Shown piece by piece: positions 1 to 11,700 of a DNA stretch of 64,000 nucleotides. The notes below the pieces were generated by a model that saw only the letters and a list, made by a program, of their open reading frames with translations, searched no databases and was not told the DNA's origin. Position numbers and translations under genes: made by a program. The first letter of the stretch is position 1; every line of letters begins with the position of its first letter. Source of the stretch: Chrysomallon squamiferum (taxonomy: Eukaryota > Animalia > Mollusca); contig CM022673.1 in assembly GCA_012295275.1 (NCBI GenBank), positions 7,688,001 to 7,752,000 on the forward strand, read 5' to 3'.

Positions 1-23
1 TGATAATGTATTATCATTACAGA
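1..23 (-). pseudogene. 5' end of a further U35 copy cut by the window edge; box C mutated
   Basis: Minus strand TCTGTA-ATGATAA-TACATTATCA is the duplicate of 1472-1494, with ATGATGA changed to ATGATAA. Confidence 0.6.
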
Positions 24-391
24 AAAAACACTGTTAGAACTTCAGATACTTTCAAGCAATATACAGAAGTAAATAGCTATCTATGCTAGAATTTGGTTTG
101 TATCCATATAAAATGATGTTTGTATCAAGAAGTACCCCATACACATGCCCCCCAAAAAAAACCTATTCTTCTAATTAAGCAACTTAAGTTTGTATATTTA
201 TTTAAATTTTATACGCTGAATAAAATAAATCAACTGGACACAATTTCTTTCCGAGATGGAAATTTTATAAATGGTCTGAAAATAATTTGATTAAATATAA
301 TTTCTAACTGTTGTGTGTACAAAAACCCATTTTATTAAATATAAATATTGCAATAAATCATCTACAACTATTTGAAAATATTAATGGTATA

Positions 392-461
392 TCTGCTTTC
401 AGAAATGTAAATATCATCATGACATTTAAGAAGGGGATCGTGATTGTTTCATCATTGCAGA
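392..461 (-). ncRNA. Box C/D snoRNA, U35 paralog with altered guide (copy 2)
   Basis: Identical to 1869-1938 apart from two substitutions between C' and D (TATTTACATTT). Confidence 0.8.
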
Positions 462-1436
462 CATCAAAATTGTTAATTTATGATCAACAAGCCTCTTATT
501 AAATTTACAATGTTTTTACAGAATAATAATTTTTTTTTAAAAAGGATGGCAGATAAATGAAAGAAGATTCAGTAATACCAATGGAAAGACAGATCTTTGC
601 TATAGGTTGTTAAAGACTGATAGCATGCCAATGAAGAAGCTAAACCTTCCAAACTAAATCCTGCATCCAAAGCAAAAAATTAGGACATGTTCCTGTGTGA
701 TGTTGCTTAAAACTACATTCCATTTACACTTATATAGATACAAAAATAAAAAAAGACTATTGTGATAAACTGAAATAATATCAATATATAAGCATGCACA
801 TGCTAAAAAATTAATTGTTGTTCTAAAGTACATGCCCTGAAATAATATCAAAGAAAAGGATTTACTAATATTCAGAATGCTAGTTTCATCATACAAGCAA
901 TTATTTAACTATAAAGGGCTTCTACAATGGCTCGCAACACAGATAGATATTACAGGGAAATCAGTTTAAGTTGCTTATTAATATGTTCTTGGCAATATGA
1001 TCCATATTTACTATAATCCTATCTTTAATAATTTATTTTCCTTTAATTTATTAATCTAATAAAATTGTTCATGTGTGCTGGAGTTAATACAGATTTTGAT
1101 ATATTCTATAGTAGTATTAGCTGTCAAATGCATTCAGAAAAGCAAATTACTAAATCTACATCCTGAAGAGCCATGCCTTGTTAGAGCAGTTATAAACCAA
1201 ATGTAGAACAACTAACTGAGGATGACGGATATTCCTATTTCTTTACCAATAGATGAAATGTTTAGTAATTAGTACTTCTGAAAAACTTTATCTTCTTTAA
1301 ATATATTTTATATATTAAATTGTTTGGCCTGATCTAATTAGTGCTATCATGTAGTAAAACATTATTACATTTAAATTTCAAATAGGTTACAAGTAATCTA
1401 TTAATCTATTAAATATTGAATTATGAATTTTATGAA

Positions 1437-1494
1437 TCTGCAACCATCAACATGAATTATGAAGACCATCGTGATAATGTATCATCATTACAGA
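1437..1494 (-). ncRNA. Truncated U35 snoRNA copy (guide intact, box D segment missing); possible pseudogene
   Basis: Minus strand: TCTGTA-ATGATGA-TACATT-ATCACGATGGTCTT-CATA-ATTCATGT-TGATGG-TTGCAGA. Lacks the ~16 nt containing CTGA. Confidence 0.7.
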
Positions 1495-1868
1495 AAAAAC
1501 ACTGTTAGAACTTCAGATACTTTCAAGCAATATACAGAAGTAAATAGCTATCTATGCTAGAATTTGGTTTGTATCCATATAAAATGATGTTTGTGTCAAG
1601 AAGTACCCCATACACATGCCCCCCCCCAAAAAAACCTATTCTTCTAATTAAGCAAGTAACTTAAGTTTGTATATTTATTTAAATTTTATACGCTGAATAA
1701 AATAAATCAACTGGACACAATTTCTTTCCGAGATGGAAATTTTATAAATGGTCTGAAAATAATTTGATTAAATATAATTTCTAACTGTTGTGTGTACAAA
1801 AACCCATTTTATTAAATATAAATATTGCAATAAAGCATCTACAACTATTTGAAAATATTAATGGTATA

Positions 1869-1938
1869 TCTGCTTTCAGAAACGTGAATATCATCATGAC
1901 ATTTAAGAAGGGGATCGTGATTGTTTCATCATTGCAGA
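1869..1938 (-). ncRNA. Box C/D snoRNA, U35 paralog with altered guide (copy 1)
   Basis: Minus strand: TCTGC-A-ATGATGA (C)-AACA-ATCACGATCCCCTT-CTTA (D')-AATGTC-ATGATGA (C')-TATTCACGTTT-CTGA (D)-AA-GCAGA. Perfect C, C' and D boxes and the same TCTGC/GCAGA stem as U35. Confidence 0.8.
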
Positions 1939-2658
1939 CATCAAAATTGTTAATTTATGATCAACAAGCCTCTTATTAAATTTACAATGTTTTTACAGAA
2001 TAATAATTTTTTAAAAAAAAGGATGGCAGATAAATGAAAGAAGATTCAGTAACACCAATGGAAAGACAGATTTTTGCTATAGGTTGTTAAAGACTGATAG
2101 CATGCCAATGAAGAAGCTAAACCCTCCAAACTAAATCCTGCATCCAAAGCAAAAAATTAGGACATGTTCCTGTGTGATGTTGCTTAAAACTACATTCCAT
2201 TTACACTTATATAGATACAAAAATAAAAAAAGACTATTGTGATAAACTGAAATAATATCAATATATTAGCATGCACATGCTAAAAAATTAATTGTTGTTC
2301 TAAAGTACATGCCCTGAAATAATATCAAAGAAAAGATAAAGGGCTTCTACAATGGTTCATAACATATAGATGGATATTATAGGGAAATCAGTTTAATTTG
2401 CTTGTTAATATGTTCTTGGCAATATGATCCATATTTACTATAATCCTATCTTTTATTTTCCTGTAATTTACTAATCTAATAAAATTGGAAACTTAAAATA
2501 AAGTGCATGACTTAGATATGTATAGATTAGTCATCAATGAATATCTGAATAAATCTGAACAGCTACAAGGACAATTACTTTAAAAAACTTTATAGAGCAA
2601 GATAATGATTAATAACAGTAAAATGCTGTCTTTTAATAATGTATTTCAAAAAGTGAAA

Positions 2659-2731
2659 TCTGCAGTCAGAAATTAATGCTGTCATCAAAGGACATATGAA
2701 GACCATCGTGATATGGTATCATCACAGCAGA
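2659..2731 (-). ncRNA. SNORD35: Box C/D snoRNA U35 (SNORD35 homolog), canonical copy in RPS11 intron 3
   Basis: Minus strand: TCTGC-T-GTGATGA (box C)-TACCAT-ATCACGATGGTCT-T-CATA (D')-TGTCCTT-TGATGA (C')-CAGCATTAATTT-CTGA (D)-CT-GCAGA. Has a terminal stem. Guide TCACGATGGTCT matches the vertebrate U35 guide and pairs with the conserved 28S sequence AGACCGUCGUGA. Vertebrate RPS11 also hosts U35B. Confidence 0.9.
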
Positions 2732-2922
2732 TCACAAATTGAAAACATTTTGTCAGATTAAAAAATGACGAAACTGCAAAGGTAAACAAAATTTCAAGGT
2801 TTATTAGGAAAAAATCTTGATAAAACCCCTAAAGAGACCTAACAGTGAGCTATTAAAAAAAAAAAAAAGGCACTGTTTACCAGTTCTATAGGGTATATAG
2901 TGATGGTGTGATTAACATTTAC

Positions 2923-4627
2923 CTGAAACAAGGACTGCAGTGAACAGACATGTTTTTGTGACGTTTTTCAAATCGTTTGTACTTTCTGACGAAGTGCAGA
3001 TATTCTCTTCTGATTACTATGGTTTTCTGCATCTTCATCTTGAGGACAACTCCTGACAGAATTCGACCTCGAATGCTCACATCCCCAGTGAAAGGACATT
3101 TTCTGTCAATGTATGTTCCATCGATGGCCTGAAAACAAAATTACCAACAAAACAATAAAACAGAATAGAATAAACAACCAAATGAATACAAAAATCCTAA
3201 ATACACATTTAATAAGTTTTTTCCTCTTAGATATCCAATATACATGTTTACGACAGCCATAAATGACAATTTATTTTTCTCTTTAAAAAAAAATACAAAA
3301 TGTCTTTAACATTGCAGCCATTACCAAAATGTTAACCAGGTTTGCTTAAGCAAACCCCGTATAACCTTCTGTTCTTGAAATCAATTCCAAATCCATATCT
3401 GATAAATTAGTTGTAAAACAGTCCTGTAGTTTTAACAGAAATATTAAAATAAAAGCAAAATAAACTCAGAATGCTGCATTTAAATCATGTTGAACATTCT
3501 CAATGAACATGTGCATGACATGATTTGCTAATCTTAAATTTTTGCTTCTAATTAGTACTTACTTCACGGGGTGTTTTGAACCCAAGGCCAACATTTCTCA
3601 CATAGCGCAAGTTTTTTTTCCCCTTTCCAGACAGTAGGGATTTCTTGTTCAAAAACACACTTGGCTGCTTCTGAAAGGATCTTTCAACCTGAGAAAGATA
3701 AAATAGTACAACTTCAAGTAAAAATAATCCAACAATTTATGACTTCACATATGCTAGGTATGTTACACACCAGAATTTTGCCAACATTTTTTTCCAATGG
3801 GACCCATTAGGACCCAGCTGAGTGTGCCGAGGGCTAGTCCTGAAACGCTGGGTTTCTGTATCATAACCCTGGCCCCCATTTTGTTTGGGTTTTTTCTAGA
3901 AAAAAAAAATAATTTAAATTCAGCAATATGCTCATGAACTTCTGTTGTGTTAAATGTTTAACTGGAAGAAAATATGCACCAGTTACAGGATTTGAAATTA
4001 CTGTGACTTCCTTAATATTCTCTATATTCACTTGGTCTTGGTATCATTTTAAATGGGTTTCTAAGCTCTTTCCACCTGTTGTGGAAAACAAATTCTGATT
4101 TCCGGTGTTTGAAGATTTTGTTTGCATGCCTATAAATTCATAACAAACATTACTGTGACATTTTGTTATTTGTTCAGTGCTCTTTATAAGGGATTAGGAA
4201 GTTTGTAATATATCGAAATTTCATATTTTTTGTAATGTAATAAACCTATATATCATATATGCTGTTAATGATATATAAAAATCAAAAAATAAAGTATCGA
4301 AGATTAAAAATAAAATAAGTTTAATTTTGTATTTGGAAAATTCCAGTTTGCTAATATTTAATGACTTCCAAAACATAAATCTTAATCCTTACTATAAATT
4401 TATTATTTATAATTTACTTTTACTTTTAAAGTCTAGTCTAATTCTGTAGTGTCCGATTATTATTATTAAAAATTAAAAGTTCATTAAATAGAGATTTAAT
4501 TTGGACACATAACCGATATTGTTGTTACAATTAAGGAAAGGTTTGTGTTTATTCTGAGCTCTAACTGAACTAAAATTAAAGCACAGTAATGTCGAAAACT
4601 ACAAAACATGTGTACCTGATCCGCCAT
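2923..4627 (-). CDS. RPS11: 40S ribosomal protein S11 (uS17), coding exons 1-3; final exon lies outside the window (<1)
   Basis: Exons 4616-4627 (MADQ), 3563-3688 ([16 protein letters not shown]...[13 protein letters not shown]), 2923-3128 ([28 protein letters not shown]...[18 protein letters not shown]). All junctions GT-AG and in phase; sequence is typical uS17. Confidence 0.97.
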
Positions 4628-4640
4628 CGTAACCGTGCCG

Positions 4641-4650
4641 AAGCAAAAGG
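4641..4650 (-). promoter_or_regulatory. 5' terminal oligopyrimidine (TOP/TCT-like) start of RPS11
   Basis: Minus strand reads CCTTTTGCTT, beginning about 23 nt upstream of the RPS11 ATG, as expected for a ribosomal protein mRNA 5' end. Confidence 0.65.
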
Positions 4651-5174
4651 ACGGAACAGGTCCTCGTGCTTCCTGTGCAAGGCGTACTTTTCTGGTAAAT
4701 ATACATTACCATAAAGTACGGCAAATAATGTTTAGCAATGTAGAGGGTTAGAACAGAAATAAAGAAAAATTGCGCGACATAATGCTAACAGTCATAAGCT
4801 AGGTTTATAATATCAATTATATTTAAATTGCTATTTATTTAAAAATATATTTTTGACAGTATTGATATATATATATATATATATATATTTTCTTTTATTT
4901 CTTTAAATAAAATAATCGTCAAGATATCTCTTAACTCTTATGAAACTATAATAAAATAGTAATAAACAAACTAATAATCAATAATATTGATTATCTCAGA
5001 ACAACTATGCTTTAAAAAATAAATAAATAAATAAAAAGCACAAAAATATAGCTGTTCTGTTTCAAGAGCCTAGTTCTTATTTTATTTGTTGCATTGTTGC
5101 TTTTACCGGTATTTACGGGATCCATATTTTAATGTCCGTGGATATCCTTATGAACTTGTGAATTTTTATAAACA

Positions 5175-5699
5175 ATGCATTTTTGCGTTCCTTTTGCTCG
5201 AGTAGCATTGGTGTCAAGATGCGTAAGTGTTATAACTCTATCACTGATAGTTATGGTTTTGCACAAATGATGAATTAAAATGTTTAGGTTTGTGTTATAT
5301 TTTTTTATTTGTAAATTAAATGATCATCATGTCACTGACAAAGTGACGGTGACCGAAAACGGCGAATAGGGAATACCGAATAGCCATCATTATAACGGTC
5401 AAAACCAAAATGTCAGTGTGAAAGTAACTCTTACTAGTGCATCATAATAGGGTATTATATCCGCCTGCACCGCCCCAAAATGTTTTTTATTTATTTATTT
5501 TTTTTATATATATATATATATATATTTAAAAAAATAATAATAATAAAATTATTTTTTTATACACACAAGTGGCTAAATGCAGCAAATAGAAGCAACCAGT
5601 TCTTCAACATTTCAATATTCAAGCGAAGTCCCATACAAAAAATCCCACTTTACATCGATGATAACCAGGGGGGGTGCAGGAGGAAATCTCTCCCATTCG

Positions 5700-5734
<35 letters not shown>

Positions 5735-7493
5735 CTATCAGTTAATTAATAACATTAATTAGCATTAATTTGACTTGTGACTTCATTATATTATATATAG
5801 ATATAAAATTTTAAAAAAATCATAAAAGTCTAACATGCTAAGAACTGTCTTTGTAATCAAACTCTTTTTTAGAAAGAAAATATTATCTAAAACTGGAAAA
5901 GTATGCCACATAATTACTAAACCACACAAAATAAACAAAACATGAAACTTTTCAGTATCCCAGATTATGAGAAAGATACATAATTTGTAACTTGTTTATG
6001 ATTCAAGTCTTGAATAATCTTACCGTAGTCTTATGTTGATCATTTTGAAATGATAACCTTCCCCATTGTTTATCAAAGATCACGTGTCAAGAAATGAATA
6101 TGATGATGTAGTTGACTATGTATAGTGTCATAATGTTTATTGTATAAGAAAATGTATAAAAATAATGATCAACAAAAGCATGCGATGAAGGAACCCCCAC
6201 CTTAAAGGAAATTAAAATTGGGCGACCTTCCCCAGTGGTGCAGTAGACAGTTTTATATAAAAATAGCACTGAAAGTGTAAGAAGAGGTTACTCATGTAGC
6301 ACTGGCTTGAGGTACGACAGGTCACAAATTATTCATTATTAGTCAGATATATTATTATAAAGCTGTCATTGGTATGTTTCTTGGGGTTTTTTTTTTTTCT
6401 TTTTTTAAAACAACAATGATAATAATACAAGGAAATCCCAAACAACCCAAAAGTATAAAAAAGTTGTTTAATTTTTTCTTTAAATATTTTGCTTTATTTT
6501 TTACTTTATTAATTAATGGCATACTTTTTAATTTGCAGGCTGTGTCCAGCTTTCGACTTTGTGCAGCATCTGCCAGTCAGTCCACAACACCAAAGGGTGG
6601 CTCAGATAAAAAGTCGGCAAACAAAAAGACTGAGCCTGCTCCCAAAATGGCAGGTAACATGAAAAATTCAGCAAACAGTATTTGTGTATTTATATATAAA
6701 AAAAATTATTTTCAACAGAAGAAATTAAGTATCTAGTAAAGGAAGAACTGAAATTATAAGAAAAATTTCCTTTTTTCAAACAAAAAAACAACAAAATATA
6801 CTTCATGTTATTGTTGGTAGTAGCTATTTTTTTAAAAGATAAGAATATGAGTTGAAAATAACAATTTAAAAAATCTACAGGTGTTTTGCTTATTAATTAA
6901 TAAATTAAGGTGTTTTGTTTGTGCATTAGTTTTTTTTTAGTATTTTTTTTTTATATAAAAAGTCCAGTCAAGTCTATCCTTAACATATTTTGTATGTTTA
7001 AAAAAAGTCATATTTTTTTTCTTAAATTTAATTAATTTTAAAATCAGTTTATAACAAATTTTGTGAATGTATTCCTATTTGGTAATCACAGTCCTGTTTT
7101 GTCCCAGTGCCAAGACATTTTGTATCCTTTAATTTTAATTAACAGCCTTAGGTTAAGCTACTTTTAGCATTTTGAAAGAATTTAATCAAATAAATTGTAG
7201 GTTAAAGGTTGTTTACCAAGTACTGCTCATAAACATCTTGTTCAATAAATGACATACACAGAAATGTAAACATATTTCTTTACTTTCTAGGTGCTAAGGA
7301 AAAGGAACCAAGTAAACCTATGAAGGAGAAAGAACCTGTTAAGACCTCTACAGGAACACAAACAGATTTTGACATTTCAACTTACAAAGTCCAAGCATAT
7401 TTCTGCCACAATGAATGGACATTTTATGATATGGAAAGTGTTTTATCAAAGCACAGACTTCCCCAGCCATCCAGTGTTAAAGGGTTTCCATGA
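5175..7493 (+). CDS. NDUFV3: NADH dehydrogenase [ubiquinone] flavoprotein 3-like, mitochondrial (~121 aa, 3 exons)
   Basis: Exons 5175-5222 (MHFCVPFARVALVSRC, presequence-like), 6539-6653, 7291-7493. Phases 0 and 1 are consistent. C-terminus FDISTYKVQAYFCHNEWTFYDMESVLSKHRLPQPSS matches the NDUFV3 signature (FD..TY......Y/W TF.D....LSK.R.PQPSS). Confidence 0.85.
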
Positions 7494-8309
7494 ATACAAA
7501 CATGCATCAGTATTTTGATAAAAGATAAAATCCACATATAAACAAAATGATCTGGAATTACTGATAGCTTTGCTTGTATTTATTGTCTGGTTTTTATCAT
7601 TTGAGAACCATCAAGTATAGATTTTCTTTAAACATTAAAATAACACTCAGTTCATTTCAGTGAATCAGTGATCACATGTTATTTGACCTAAACTGTTTTA
7701 AGTTAACTGGGATATGATCTTGTAAACTGGAAGAATTGAATAAATATTTGTTAAAAGAAAAAAAATTCTTCTTGTTATATTTTATCTAGACTTCAGAACA
7801 TATTTTGATTTAAAATTTAATGTTTAAAATATTATAGCCTCATGAAATTCTATAATTATGTTTCCCTAACATAAAGTGAGAAATAATTAGGTTTTAGCAG
7901 AAGAAATGGATTTTGTTTACTTCAGTGCATGAATGAATGTTAAGAAACCATAACACAATTTCACATTAAAAAATATTTAGGTTAAAAAACACTGCTACAA
8001 ATTAAAACAATGTTAAAATGCTAAAATCTGAAATTATATTTTTTTAAATCAACCTATTTATGTAGGTTTGAATGAAAATTAGAATTTCTCACTGAAATAT
8101 TTTTGAAGTATAATTAACGTGTAATTTTTATTAAGTATTTCAAATAACAGAAAACAAACTGCAAATTAGGAAAGCTAAACACAAAATACTGTTTAAAAAT
8201 ATTTATTTTGTCTTAAAAGATAATAAAAAACAATGAAAAATGTTTTATGATTGCTGCCATAGATAGTGATGAATAATGTTATTAAAATATTTAAAAGTTT
8301 TTGATGATA

Positions 8310-8670
8310 TTACGAAAAGTTAAAGTCATATTTTCTGAAGTCAGTTTTGAAAGATGCTGCACTTTCTGACTCTTCGTCTTTAGAAATGACACAGTTCTTC
8401 CAGTCTACTCTTTCTGGCATGTTCAGAAGACCTGGCTGAGATAAAGCTTCCCTGAAAAATAAATAGTCATCTATTTTTATCTTCAACACATTCTTTAATA
8501 TCTTAACCCACTTGATATAATGCATTTGATACTAAACGTGTTATTTTTAATTATATGCTGCCCATCTAGATAATGAATTTAAAAGCATTTTCTTCAATTG
8601 TAATTTTAGATATTTATTTTTATTTCATAATTTTTTTTTTTTTTCTTCCTTCTTTGTTTATTATTATTAC

Positions 8671-8713
<43 letters not shown>

Positions 8714-11700
8714 TTTTTTTTTTTTTTTTTTTTTTAAATAAATTATTAGAAAATTATTAAGATTTTAAAACCCTACCCATCTGAATAAACCATCTTACCT
8801 CCCAAACTGAAGAGGGAATGATTTGGAGATTCTGTGCAACAATTTTTCTCCTGTTGGCATTTCAGCATAGAAGTAAGGAGCTCCATTCGGTACAATCTGA
8901 AATAAATAATAATAAAAAGATTACACACACATATACATACACACATACATATGCCAAAAACAATCTCTCTTTTTAGAAGCAAATGAATTAATTTTCCAAA
9001 CAAAGACATTTTTGCTACTATGAAATAATACTATGAACCAGAGGAAATTTATGAATTTCTTCTTTTTTTTTCATTTAACAATGCACTGAACACCTTTTAA
9101 TAATAGTTATAGGGTTCACAACCATTAAGATAAACACAAATAAAATATTAAAATACAAGTTAACCCAAGAACAGCACTGCACACCTGTTTCAGGTCAGAA
9201 TGTTTTGGAATCTCATACAGTTCAATGGAGTTGCCTTCAGCACAGTCCATAAACACATCTTTAGCATCAGTGATTGCATCTTCAGGAATTGGAACCACCT
9301 AAAACATTAACGTATCAGAAATAATTCTCATCATTGAAAGAATATGAGACAACACTTTGCAAATCTGAATTCAATTAGCTTTTTTGATTTTGAATATCTA
9401 ACTTGTAAAAATTTAATTAACAAGTCTGTTTTGGGTTTCAAATTTAATGAAGAATATAAAATTTAAGAAGATCATGTGTTTATTGTAACAACTAATCTTT
9501 AAAAAGTTACAATTATTTATTGTGATGAAAAACTACTACTCTGACATAAAAAAATATTAATCTTTCAAGTGTATTTCAGTATTACCTAGATATTCATCTG
9601 AATTATTGAAATAAGTTTTTAACCTGAATTCAAAATTACTTACAGACATTAGGTACCAGAATTATTTATAAATAAAATAACAGAAGTGAGAACAAGAATT
9701 AACTGCAGGAACTCTTTTTTTTTTTCTCAAGAGTTTTTTTTTATTTTGACCAACGGTTAAATATCTGGGTTATCTTATGTACTAGAGTTATCTGGAGAGA
9801 TTATCTCTTACAGTCATGTACCTGAATCTGAAGATGCTGAGTTCTGAAGTTTCTTTCAAAGAAGATGACTCCTTTTCCTTGAGACTTGTAAAATTTCTTC
9901 AAAGAAGACTGATACTTGACTCTGTTAAGGATTAATTTCTGATGTTTTTAAAAGATTGCTTTTTCATTTAATTTTTTGAATCTGAGATATTACTTAAACT
10001 GTAATAAAATAACTAATATGTAATAATGAAAAAAAAAAATTTGGTTCTCTTTCAAAATTAGAACAATTTTAAAATTTGTGCTCAGTAAAAATTAAATTAC
10101 AAAATGTCATTAATGTAATCATAAGAAGGAAACAAAATACAAGTGAGTCATTTATTTTGATGACCTTGTTACCTCAAATGCTGTAGCATGTGTTCTCATG
10201 TCTGTGTGAAGTAGATAAAACCTTTTGTGCTGATGCACAAATTTAGCATATGTCATCTTAAAAACTTGTCAGAACAAATGTTTGACAAACCACTGGCCAC
10301 AGATCAGTGTTTTAATATTTCAGTTTGAACTACTAAACAAAATGTGGATTGTAAAAGTAATTATAATGGTTTATCATAAAGGATATTTGATAATTTCTTC
10401 GTGGATTGCTTCCGGTGCTGAGACTATGGACTGATGATGACCTATGGGAAGTATCAACACATGATCAGGTACTAGACCACCTTTAGCTAGTGCTAAATAT
10501 GTCTGAAAGCAGAAACTTAAAACATTTAGAAATTGTATCTAAAATAAAAATGAAGCATTTACAAATTTTATTTAAAATTAAAATATAGCATTCAGAAATT
10601 CTATTTAAAATTAAAGTGAAGCATTTACAAATTTTATTTAAAATTAAAATGAAGCATTTACAAATTCTATTTAAAATTAAAATGAAGGATTTAGAAATTC
10701 TATTTCAAATAAAAATGAAGTAATAGCTTTAAAAAGCAACTAAGAGTAATTTTGCTTCTATTTTGGGCATACAGTATTAACTGGGTTGATACTGCTGATG
10801 TTAAAGTGATGTGTGATAACAGCAAAACATTTTATATATGTGCATATCATTGCTGCATTACATATTGGGTTTTTTTTTCCCCTGGTGAATAGTAATATAA
10901 AAATTATTCCCAAAGACTGAGTGTATCATGGCATGATAACCAACTCATCAGTGTAACTGAGACATCTGTACACCTTTCTTAACATTAGATACCATGATTG
11001 GTAAAATGAGAAATGTTTGCCTTCTTGCATCCTCACAGTTTCTGGTCTTTATTATCAGCAAAAACTGGATATGGGAAATAAAATAAAATAATATTCTGAA
11101 AGAAAATAAAATGTATCTACCCTATTCGTTTACACCTTCAAAACTATATTTTAAGAAATGGAAGATAAACCATACATTGCAGCAATCTGAAAGTACACAA
11201 AACTTAAGTACACTATTTGTTTATACCATCACTGGTATACATTAAGATGTGGAATATGATGCATTCAGTTTGTAAAGCCTGCAGTAAGAAATACTAACCT
11301 CAGTGCCAACACTGACAACTAAGTGTTTTTCTACTTGTGGACTACCAAGACAAAACCAACATGGTCCAGTGGGTTGAGCTGAAGGAAAAATACAATAACA
11401 TAACAATACAGCTCAATACGGCCTGAATTTTAATTAAGGCACTTTAAAGTATGCCATTTTAGAGTGTAATCCATTTATTTCATGTGCTTTTCAAAAATCT
11501 ATTTAATTATCTTTTCTAACACTAGTCTGTTTATCTGTTAATAAATATACAGTTTATGTCAGTGTCTACTTCACAATCTGCTTTTACCAACCAAACATAT
11601 TTCATGTTTTTATTCCAATAATTCTGAACTTATTAACTGGCTTTCCTGAGACTGGAAAGATTACTGATAAAAGCTTCTCTTTTTTTTTTTTTTTTTTTTT

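Larger units (their letters stand above)
1..2487. repeat. Recent tandem duplication in RPS11 intron 3 (1-1067 vs 1472-2487)
   Basis: Near-identical sequence at about 1.47 kb offset with a few small indels (e.g. ~860-910 absent from the second copy). Confidence 0.95.

Noticed and set aside
311-502. Duplicated 63-aa ORFs (311-502, 1788-1979)
   Set aside because: Non-ATG starts, antisense to RPS11, and they overlap the snoRNA copies; the similarity is explained by the duplication.
872-892. Minus-strand ATGATGA...CTGA pair as another snoRNA
   Set aside because: Only 10 nt between boxes, no upstream box C or stem, and deleted in the duplicate copy; at most a C'/D remnant.
3760-3890. GC-richer island in RPS11 intron 1 as an H/ACA snoRNA
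   Set aside because: Could not establish two hairpins with H and ACA boxes by eye; would need snoReport/Infernal.
5236-5250. CTCTATCACTGATAG resembling the bacterial tet operator
   Set aside because: Isolated short palindrome in a eukaryotic intron with no vector context; coincidence.
5258-5343. ATGATGA...CTGA in NDUFV3 intron 1 as a C/D snoRNA
   Set aside because: Interior is low-complexity T-rich with no recognisable guide and only a 4 bp stem.
10520-10720. Regularly spaced repeats as a CRISPR-like array
   Set aside because: Head-to-tail units with no unique spacers, inside a eukaryotic intron; a minisatellite.
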